Origin: Octopus bimaculoides
Taxonomy: Eukaryota
NCBI RefSeq assembly: GCF_001194135.2
Contig: NC_068999.1
Location: 12,993,630 to 13,039,466, forward strand
Length of the DNA: 45,837 bases
Reading direction: 5' to 3'
The notes under the pieces are model-generated. The model saw only the letters and a program-made list of their open reading frames with translations. It ran no database searches and was not told the origin of the DNA. Positions 1 through 9,881 of this stretch are shown here, in pieces (within the stretch, counting starts at the first letter, position 1; each line of letters begins with the position of its first letter). Both the position numbers and the translations under genes were made by a program.

Positions 1-415
1 TATATATATATATATCACACTTGAGTTTCAAAGACAAACTGACAGCCAGTATAACGCTTTAGATCACTCCCTTTAGAACACGCATGACATGACACCAGCA
101 TAGCTTCTGCTCATTTTAAAGATTGCAGCAATGTCGACTCCAAATTCTGGACCACATTTGTGGAAACATGAAGACACATGATGGTCGAACGCTATTCCTC
201 GAAATGAAAACCTTGTCTGTGATTGTCGTTTTATGCCACGGAGCAAAGCAGACTTGGCATCCTACACTAGAAAGTAAGTACTGAATGACATAGAAGAACA
301 AGACGAACATGAGTCTTGAATTTTAGGGCTTGTAAATCTAATATTTTCTTATCCTTCCTTCAAGCAAGGTGGCATTAGCTTTGAGTCGTAATTCGGCTCC
401 GTACCAACTACCTAA

Positions 416-559
416 TACAGTTCTATATTCAATTTCCGCAAGACAACTGATGAAAGCCCGAGGGTATATCAGCCGAAACGTTGTGTTAGCAACAAACAAG
501 ATGAGGACAAATATCCGTCACCTGTAAATGAGTCCTCATCTATTAAATATAAAACTGTA
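416..559 (+). mobile_element. Short non-autonomous PLE-terminus element with inverted ends and a degenerate HHR
   Basis: TACAGTTCTATATT (416-429) matches the reverse complement of AATATAAAACTGTA (546-559) at 13/14. The interior (CTGATGAA...TATATCAGCCGAAA...GTGTT...TCCGT) is homologous to 30620-30733, and its distal part to 18161-18279. Confidence 0.7.
441..487 (+). ncRNA. Degenerate minimal type I hammerhead ribozyme motif (PLE type)
   Basis: CTGATGA 447-453, GAAA 475-478, self-complementary ACGT and GUU triplet 480-482. Stem I AGACAA/GTGTT has a mismatch at the core-proximal pair. Stem II is decayed (AGCCC vs CAGCC). Confidence 0.6.
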
Positions 560-1085
560 ATACATAATTCTGTTCGCAAGATTTATAACGCAAATGAAGT
601 TTTTGAAATGGGATTAAATGATGAAGAAATAGAATATTTGATAACTCGTCATTTAATGATATTATAGTAACACACCACATATGCTGCTACAATGATGAAA
701 AACAATGTGATAAGTGCTTTTAAATATCCTTCCCTAGCAACGTGATTCCGTCACGTATGTATGATCTTCGATTACATCGAAATTTGTTCTTATTGTAAGA
801 CTTTTTTCAGAATATTAGCGTAGTAAGATAACAAGCATTTACGTATGTAATATAAAATCTTAGAACAGACTGCGTGAGTTCAGATATCAAATCCGAGATG
901 ACATTTTAAACCTCGGTTTCGCTCCATTGTTATGTTTGAAATGGTGCGACTTGATAGAAGAAAGCATGCGTTGCAATATATACACACATGCCTGCATGAA
1001 TACATACATAACTGCACCCCCCCACACACACACACATGCCTATATACATACAAATATGCATATATATGTTTACATATTTATAGCA

Positions 1086-1129
<44 letters not shown>

Positions 1130-1620
1130 NNNNNNNNNNAGACTAATAAATTGAATTCCAGAAAAAAGCTGCCGCTTTTTTTTTTTTAAGCGAGAAAATT
1201 GAGGCATAAAAAGGTAAAAAGCTGTTAGTGACAGTTGAGGTTTTATTATTCATGTTATTGTTGTTTTTGTTGCTCTTGTTGTTATGAGAACAACGCTTTC
1301 TTTGGTGTCTTCACATATAATGAAATAAAAACAGTAAACTAGGTAACTTTGCTATATTCAATTACAATACCATTTACTTGGCTTCCAATGAACAAATCAA
1401 CGTAAAATATACCAAAAATAAAGGTAAAAGAAAAAAGAAAAAACAATCGAATGCACTAAACTTATGAATAGTACTCAATTATTTTTTTGTTTTTTCAAAA
1501 ATCCCCCTCAACCTTTTCCACTCCTCCTCCGCATCCTCCTCTTTCTTCAACTTCTTCAACTTCTACTTCAACGTTATAATCATAATCAGCATAATATCTA
1601 CCGCCACCTTCGCCATTAAC

Positions 1621-1821
1621 ATCATCATCATCATCATCATCATCATCACCAGCAGCAGTAGTAGTTGTAGTAGTAGCAGCAGTAGTATTAGTAGCAGTAG
1701 CAGCAGTTGTAGTAGCTGCAGTTGTTAGTAGTGACAGTAGCAGCAGCAGCGGCAGTAGTAGTTTTAGTAGTAGTATTAGAAGTAGTATTAGTAGTAGTGT
1801 TAGTAGTAGTAGTAGTAGTAT

Positions 1822-1858
<37 letters not shown>

Positions 1859-1866
1859 TGTAGAAG
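1621..1866. repeat. Compound trinucleotide microsatellite (CAT)n then (TAG/CAG)n
   Basis: Directly visible; explains the poly-Val ORF 1722-1979. Confidence 0.95.
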
Positions 1867-3677
1867 TTGTGATGTTGCTGCAGTACCAAATTAACGTGTA
1901 TTCGACTCTATCGTGTCATGTGTGTTTCTTGAATAAAAGATTTGTCATTTTACTATTCACTATATCCACAAAGACATAATTTCATGTCAAAGTGTGAAAA
2001 CTATGCATTTGTGTACGATTCTCAAATTATTTACTAGTAATTGTGTTTTTTTTTATGAATTTGAATTATTCTAGTATATTTAAGCGTATTTTGTTGTTAT
2101 ACTTTGATAATAGTTATGTATTAGGGAGATGTTTTCGGCTAATCGTATCATTTCCCCCATTTGCTGTATATTTACGTGCGAGAAAACACTAGCGACCGTG
2201 TCTGTCGACAAAAATATCCAGTATAACAGACTTGAGCTCAGTGTCTATACCGGATATGTCTATACAGATTTAGTTATGCACATAAGATTTACTCTAGGCA
2301 GGAAAGATTCTGTGACAGAATACCAAATAAATGTTCCTACGTAATGTTGGCATGCTGGTTTCAGCTCTATTATTAGACGTGTGTATCTACGTCTTGATTG
2401 TAAAATGAAAATTATTTAGCAAATTGTATTGGCATGTCCAGACTTTGGCTTTAATTGACTTAATGCCAGTAGTATGAAGCTCGTTTTTTTAAGGTTCCTA
2501 ATTTTATTTGCCAACGATACACAAATACTAACTTTTTTTAAAAAATAAAGTTTATCCCAAGTTTGGGAACATTGAGTCAAGTAACTGCCCAGTGGTCAAT
2601 CGCTACTTGACATTCAATTATAACGTTTGTGGAAGATGTTTCCTTGTACACAAGTAACAAACCGTGGTAATTTGTGTTTTTTTTTAAACATTTGTTTTGT
2701 ACTATGTATGTACTACTTTATATATATATATACATATATATAAGATACATGCATAATCTCGGGCTGCTGTTTAGAACGTGTCACGGTTTATTTTGTTTGG
2801 GATTCAATCATTAATGATACTGTTTTACTTACTCATCTCACTTTCTATAAATTTCTGCAGTTGCAACAATAGGAAGATAGGACCGCTATTTTTCTGAAAA
2901 TGAAGGAACATATCATAGTTCCCGATTCCTGCGATATTCATGAGACGTTTTATTACTTCGTCACACATTTTGGATATTTATTTCCCAAATCATAGCGTTC
3001 AAACTTTGAGTATATTCATTTAAAATGATTTCGCTTCATATACTTGATTGGAATATCTATGAGATTAAGTTAATACCTTGATATAGTCTCATATTTCCGA
3101 ACTATATATAGTGGATAGCTATTTATGCAATATATTCTATATAATTTTACCTTATAGATTTAGTTGTAATGTGTAATTGTATTAGATATATTCCAACGTT
3201 TGTTATGGGAAATATAAGATCCATAATGCCTATATTTATGTTGCATATTATAAAGGCTGCCATTAATGATCATAGTTCTTAGTCTGATAGTATCAATACA
3301 TGCACTTCTCATTTTATCAGAGTAATTATATAACTTGTTTCTAACATAGTTAATGTATCACAAGAAATTATGTTAGATTTGTATTGGAACGTACGTGTCT
3401 TATGCAATTCTACTGCGATTTTCTCATCGGTAATTGATTCAGTGCTTATTTTCAATAGTTTTCTGCCGCTTATGTTAATTCATACGAATATCTATGTTAT
3501 TTTGATGTACACATTGTATTTACCTGGTTGAAGCCGTCTTTAAGATCAGTGAACATGTCTGCACGACGCCAAATATGCGAAGCTTTTGAAAATCTATGAT
3601 TTGAATCTATTGAATCTATGCCGATTCCCGGCGGAGGTTTGCTAAGACGCGTTCAGTGATATGAAGAGCCTCACGGG

Positions 3678-3829
3678 ATTAGCTATTTCAAAATACACAC
3701 TAACGCACGCATATGCCGATATAGACACACTTACAGACACGTACATTCCCAAATACAAACACACACATACACTGAGGGTGAGAGAGATATTTGGTAATAT
3801 GTTATGTAATTTAATTTTAAAAATCAGAT
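3678..3829 (+). repeat. 152-bp direct repeat, copy 1
   Basis: Identical to 4752-4903 except one C/T (ATTCCCAAA vs ATTCTCAAA). Confidence 0.95.
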
Positions 3830-4167
3830 TACAAAAATGTTCGACAGCATTTTAATAATTATGTAGACGCATACTGTGATAACATTTTGGTCTAAGGCTA
3901 TTCCATAAATTAGCCTTCAGTAGACCCACTTAAAACGCTGTCGCCATAGCAGTACAATGATATGTGAAATCGATGTACAAATTATCAATGCGCTTCCAAC
4001 TCTAGTTTTATGCGCCATTCCTTGTATACATACATACATACGTACATACATACATACATACATTTATTTATATGCGTGTTCTCGTGTTTGTGTGTGTGTG
4101 TGTGTGTGTGCATTTGTGTTTGTGTCACATTCTTTCTTTATTCTCTTATTGTTTCTTTTTTGTGTTC

Positions 4168-4203
4168 CTTTCTATGGAAGAGCGTATGCTCGAAACGTTA
4201 AAG
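4168..4203 (+). ncRNA. Core-variant minimal HHR-like motif, copy A
   Basis: CTTT-CTATGGA-A-GAGC[GTAT]GCTC-GAAA-CGTT-AAAG. Stems I and II pair, stem III is the palindrome ACGT, and the core departs from CUGANGA at positions 5 and 6. Confidence 0.45.
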
Positions 4204-4364
4204 ACAGTTTCACTTCCCGAGCGTTATACTAATGCAAACGTTTGTTGTCTACACCGCCTGTCTCCGTCTTTTCGTTTTTTTGTGACTTCTCCCTATATAT
4301 ACATACATATTTTATATTTGTATATGAATACATATATACATAATCTCGGGTATGTTAACTGCCC

Positions 4365-4399
<35 letters not shown>

Positions 4400-4751
4400 T
4401 TATGTGTGTGCGTATGTGTGTGTGTGAGTGCGTGTGTGTATGTGAGTGTGTGTGTGTNNNNNNNNNNGAGTGCGTGTGTGTATGTGAGTGTGTGTGTGTG
4501 TATGTGTGTGTGTGTGTGTGTACGATGGTAGAGATGAAAATTTCGTGGCAACGGTTGAATGTACACGAAGAACAGTTAATTAGATTTTACTTCAACCTAT
4601 TTCCCTCTCAGAATCATACACTTCTTGCAGGAGCCCATCAGATTTTCGAATCCCTGTAAACGAACTCGGAATTTGGGGATAACCTAACCAGCCTTTTCCA
4701 CGATACTCGTAAAGCAAGAAACTTTTCAGAGCACACCCCGTGCATATATAT

Positions 4752-4903
4752 ATTAGCTATTTCAAAATACACACTAACGCACGCATATGCCGATATAGAC
4801 ACACTTACAGACACGTACATTCTCAAATACAAACACACACATACACTGAGGGTGAGAGAGATATTTGGTAATATGTTATGTAATTTAATTTTAAAAATCA
4901 GAT
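4752..4903 (+). repeat. 152-bp direct repeat, copy 2
   Basis: 151/152 identity to 3678-3829; offset 1074 bp. Confidence 0.95.
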
Positions 4904-4963
4904 GACCGTTGACTGAACACTATTCACTTTTTTTTCTCCGTGTTTTTCTCATTGTCTCCGTAT

Positions 4964-5000
4964 TCTTTCTGTTGAAGAGCGTAGCTCGAAACGTCAAAGA
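4964..5000 (+). ncRNA. Core-variant minimal HHR-like motif, copy B
   Basis: TCTTT-CTGTTGA-A-GAGC[GTA]GCTC-GAAA-CGTC-AAAGA. 5-bp stem I, 4-bp stem II, GUC triplet, palindromic ACGT; core CUGUUGA (A6U). Confidence 0.55.
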
Positions 5001-5417
5001 CTTTCCGTATTCCCGNNNNNNNNNNNNNNNNNNNNNNNNNNNNNNNNNNNNNNNNNNNNNNNNNNNNNNNNNNNNNNNNNNNNNNNNNNNNNNNNNNNNN
5101 NNNNNNNNNNNNNNNNNNNNNNNNNNNNNNNNNNNNNNNNNNNNNNNNNNNNNNNNNNNNNNNNNNNNNNNNNNNNNNNNNNNNNNNNNNNNNNNNNNNN
5201 NNNNNNNNNNNNNNNNNNNNNNNNNNNNNNNNNNNNNNNNNNNNNNNNNNNNNNNNNNNNNNNNNNNNNNNNNNNNNNNNNNNNNNNNNNNNNNNNNNNN
5301 NNNNNNNNNNNNNNNNNNNNNNNNNNNNNNNNNNNNNNNNNNATATATATATATATATATATATATAAGCAATGGTTTCACACATTTTAGACAACTTTTG
5401 TAAAGGAACGTGGAAGG

Positions 5418-5568
5418 CGACCCCAGTATTCAACTTGTACTTATTGTATCGAAATGTTGGCAGAGAACCTCGACCTCATCTGAATTTAACTCAGAACGTA
5501 AAGGTAAACGGAACTCCGCTAACAATTTTGCCTGAAGTTGTAAGTATTCTGCCAGTTCACCGCGTCGT
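5418..5568 (-). mobile_element. Degenerate tRNA-derived SINE
   Basis: Shares CGACCCCAGTA, CGACCT..GAATTT-AACTCA and AACGTAAAG with the copies at 22382-22575, 22627-22695 and 14585-14749. Confidence 0.6.
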
Positions 5569-7230
5569 ATGATGTGAATGTAATTATACAAACAATACGT
5601 TGTATGGATTCGAAATCTAAAGGAAACAAAGACAGTAACGGATCGACATTTTTTAGAACTAGATTATCTTCGATTTTTGTAATCATAACGTGTCTTTTAA
5701 ACATAAGCACGTGTATTTGTAATACCTGGGGATGTTTACGATCGATATGTCTCACTTTAGATCTGAAGTAATTTCATTTTATCAAACTGTATGTCGTTCA
5801 GTACTACATTAAGTCTGATATTACCGTTCCTTATGCGATGATTGTATACTGGTTTCTAGCATTTGGAGTACCAATGCCGGGTATTCATCGTTTGTATCCT
5901 TCAAAGAATTTCATGAGACAAACTCGATAAATCTGATCATTTTTATTGAGGCGTTATTGTGTGAAAAGCAAGCAGACTTTGCATCGCCTGAATTTCAGGA
6001 AACAGACTTCGTAATAATTGCCAGATGACAATTAGTATCCATTCATAACGTTACTCAGCAGTCAGTAATAAATTGTCTATGCACTTTCTTATACATGAAT
6101 TGAACGTTCTATATTTCCAATAATGAACGTCTGATGATCGATTTGTAATTATGGAAATTGTAGAAGGGACAAAGAGATTGCTCCGGTATGTTCAAATAGC
6201 GAAATTTATTTTTCAGATGTTGTTGTGTACGCTGTAGTCGGAAAATAGTATGTTTATCATTTCATAAGTATACTTGCCTTTAAATTTTAATTGATGACCA
6301 TTGTCGTCTCATACAAAGTAAATATCCTAATTTAAATTTTAACTGAAGTTAACAACCATTTCTACAAATTGATGTGTCAATGAAATATTTTTTTATGACA
6401 CGGGCACATTTGGTCTTAATGTGAAGTTGAGTTAAAATCATGTTTTATGCTAGCCTTGTCAAATTCTTAATTAATCATATATCATTTGTAATGTTCACCA
6501 ACATTCTCTATCTATTGACTATTACATGCACTGTAAAATAATTTCATGAGGATTCAATATGCTTTTAACATTCGTCGGGAAAATGTTGAACAATACATTG
6601 GTAAAGTTCTTCGTCTAATGTTTTCATTTCAATTAAAATACCCCACTCATTTTCTGTGAATCCAATGCTGGTCATTTGAAGACGGAATTGGAACCGGTAT
6701 CTCATGACTGGATATCGAAACTTTTCAAAGTTGGTGCTTCTAACGTTTGAAGAATTGACGAAGTGAACACATTAAAAATAGTAGTAGTAATAAAGTGTTG
6801 CAAAATACATAGATAGGGATCTTCTAACCTCGTCTGGAATGAAATTAGTAAGTGAACATAATATCGTCGACTATAAGATCCGTCATGCTGTACCCACACA
6901 TGGTAAAATCAAATGAAAGCGAGTTATTCGTGTGTTAATGAAAAGTGCTTGAAAAGTATACGTCTAGAAGCGTAGATAATAAGTGATTGTGTGCCCCAGC
7001 AAAGATTTCAAAACTCAGAAAAATTAATATCCAGTCAAACTAGATGCTCAGTAATCAGAAGTACCGAAGTCTTCAACATATCCATTCTAACTAATACTTG
7101 CGTGATGTAATTTAAATAACAACGCATGAGAGAAATAATACATTTCTAAATCTCTCAGAGAGATTTATGCAGTAGTGATACGATGAATTAGTTGTATGCT
7201 GTCAAATAAATGGGATAGTGCCCTGAATGG

Positions 7231-7297
7231 AATAATTTCAAATTTTCTAAATAATACCCTTCTAAATGAAGGGTATTATTTCTAAATTTGAATTATT
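7231..7297. repeat. AT-rich palindrome (cruciform-capable)
   Basis: AAATAATACCCTTC (7249-7262) and GAAGGGTATTATTT (7268-7281) are perfect 14-bp arms around a 5-nt loop. Outer arms AATAATTTCAAATTT / AAATTTGAATTATT pair with one indel. Confidence 0.9.
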
Positions 7298-7298
7298 A

Positions 7299-7437
7299 TA
7301 TGTTTACAAGAGCTTGACAGGCATCTCCGAATAGCAAGTCATGCTACTCCGGACTGATGACTAACAAAGACTCAGAAACATGTCTCTGGATGCAGGCTTA
7401 GCTGGGTGGAGATGCTTGTCTCCCCCTTGTAAACATA
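7299..7437 (+). ncRNA. Type I hammerhead-like motif at the tip of a long extended stem I
   Basis: TCCGGA (7348-53), CTGATGA (7354-60), GAAA (7375-78), ACATGT palindrome with GUC at 7382-84, TCTGGA (7385-90). Outer arms 7299-7328 and 7408-7437 pair as 12 bp + 5x5 loop + 13 bp. Stem II is non-canonical. Confidence 0.6.
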
Positions 7438-8482
7438 AAACCACAGAAAATGCGTCAAGGCCGACAGAAGCGGTGCAGCTTCCTAGGTCTAACCAACAGT
7501 AGTATCATTCCCTTCAGGAGACTGTCACATTCAGTTGACAGCATATAACTACTTCAACGCATGAGAGGTTGAGTATTCCTAATCAACCACTTCCACTATA
7601 AATCATTTCCTATAAACTGATACAAATATATGTTACTAGATACACGTACTAAACGCAATCAATTTGTATTTTCATTTGCTATTGTAATGCTACTTTTCTA
7701 TTGCTTAATGCGGCAGGATATAGTAATATACCTCAATCGTCTCATTAGATGCTATAGTAATTTTAAGTTCTGATGCAGCATTACTTATATTTAGCTGACA
7801 TTTCTGAATATCAGTATTACTTTTACAGAAATATGTCATATTCAGTGCTTGTCTACGCCATACTACATAACGTAACTAAGCACTTGATATGCATTATCTC
7901 TGTCGGTGTCAATTCAGCTGTAAACACACACACACACATACACACACACACACACACACACAGATGCATATATATACGTACATATCCATATGAACATGTA
8001 CGTTTTATTTTATCTACCAATTCATCTATGTATGCTTATGTATGAATGACTGCATACACAAGAACACCCCCACCCACGCCTACATACATCTACGCGAGCG
8101 CGAACACATACACACACTCTCACACAGACACGCATACAAATACAGTCAATGCAGCAGGTTATTATACGGAATAATATTTTCATCTGCAGCAATTTCTGCT
8201 ATCCTTCCCATAACTGATTCATGTATTTGTTTGTGGTCTATATTTTATAGTAGACTTCGGAATTATCACTCTGCTGCTTTCAAGACACTAGAGCCTATAT
8301 CTCCCTGCCGCTAAGGGACTTTCATTTTGGATCACCTGCTTCGCTTTATCTCCAGATACATATACATCTATTTATCTATCTATCAGTCTATAAATCTATT
8401 GATCGATCAATGTATCTATCTATGTATCCATGTATGTTGCTCTCTCGCTCAATCTATCTCTCACTCAGTTTACATACACACA

Positions 8483-8514
<32 letters not shown>

Positions 8515-8605
8515 NNNNNNNNNNGATAAACAGTGTGAGTGAGAGTGATAGAGAGAGTGCAAATTCATTCAAATTAAAATCAAAGAAATAATACATCTTT
8601 ATATA

Positions 8606-9881
8606 TTGCATTGGCAAGAAAGTAACTTCGTTTGTCGTAAATACATTTTTTTGTTATGATATTTTCCGACTTTTTAATGGCCTTTGTAAAAACTATGATT
8701 TGTTTCATCTTGACATTTGATAGCCGTTACTTTTAGTTTACTTTAGAGGCAAATTGCGTTTAGTTTTGTTTACAGTGTGTACTTCGGCGTAAAGTTTAAC
8801 ATGAAGTCCCAAAACGAACGTTGTAGCCATATTTTGCTTTTTTAATTTCCCTAAAATCATTAAAGATACTGTGGCACACAAAGCGATACGTGAAATTTAT
8901 CGTGCTGATTGCTTAGCAGGACCCATATGTCAGAAATGGTTTTAAAACATCTAGAAATTTTTTTTACTCATGGATAACCTACTGAATTTGATGATGACTG
9001 AATCCAAGCTTTAGTTGAATCCGATTGCTATATAACCGTGGGAGATTGCAGAGACATTAAATGTATCACGCACGACAATTGAAAATCAATTAAAATGCCT
9101 TGCACTCATTAAGAAGCACGATGATTAGGTTCCACATACATTGAAAGAGGTTAACATGGCACAAAGAATCAATATTTGCGATATGCATGTCATACGCGAT
9201 AAAATAGACCTTTCTTTTAAACGAATCCTTACTGGTGATGAATGAAAAGTGGATTGTCTACAGTAACATCAATCGAAAATGATCATGGTCGAAACGTAAT
9301 GAACTATCAGAAACTATATCCAAAGCTGAATTGCATCAACAAACGGTCACGATATCAAATTGGTGGGATTAGAAAAATGTTGTGCAATTTGAGGTTCTTC
9401 CAAGAAACCTAACCATTCCGATATTTATTCTCAACAACTAATGAAACTGGAGGAAGCAATCAAAGAAAAACGAATAGAATTGTCAAATAATAATGGAATC
9501 GTGTTCCAGCATGACGACGCTAGACAATACAAGTCTTTGCCAACACGGGACAAATTATTGGAGCTTGGATGGAATGTGATTCCATATCCAGCATATAGCT
9601 CTGACCTTGAACTATCGGATTACCATTTACTTCAAACTTTACAAAATTCTTTAAATGGTAAAACTTTCAATAATAATGATGACCTGAAATCGTGTTTGCT
9701 TTAGTTTTTGGCTTACAAGGATCGGAAGTGTAATGAGTGTAGAATCATGTAGTTGCCAGATGGATGGGTTAAATGGAAAATATAGAATTGATTCAAGTTC
9801 ACTATTTGCATGAAAGAAAAATGACATTATTTCATACTAAAAAAAAAAAAGAAATATTAAATTACTTTCTTGCCAACTCAA
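8606..9881 (+). mobile_element. Full-length (~1.28 kb) decayed mariner DNA transposon
   Basis: TIRs TTGCATTGGCAAGAAAGTAA (8606 onward) and TTACTTTCTTGCCAACTCAA (ending 9881), flanked by TA. Internal transposase remnants; length typical of mariners. Confidence 0.95.
8801..9797 (+). pseudogene. Mariner DD34D transposase pseudogene
   Basis: ATG at 8801 (MKSQNERCSHILLF*). WVPH motif mutated to *VPH at 9126. TGDE-KWIVY at ~9231 with a 4-nt insertion. FQHDDAR...YPAYSSDLELSDY has exactly 34 residues between the 2nd and 3rd Asp. Multiple stops and frameshifts. The end coordinate is approximate. Confidence 0.93.

Noticed and set aside
1722-1979. Homopolymeric or dipeptide ORFs (poly-V here; also poly-N, poly-I, poly-K, CV and HT repeats elsewhere)
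   Set aside because: They are translations of microsatellites.
4426-4499. Repeated sequence on both sides of the 10-N gap
   Set aside because: Typical unmerged contig overlap in a microsatellite.
6555-6900. Minus-strand exon-like frames with a CTAAT/TTCCAG acceptor
   Set aside because: No convincing donor or homology, and the frames are short enough to be chance.
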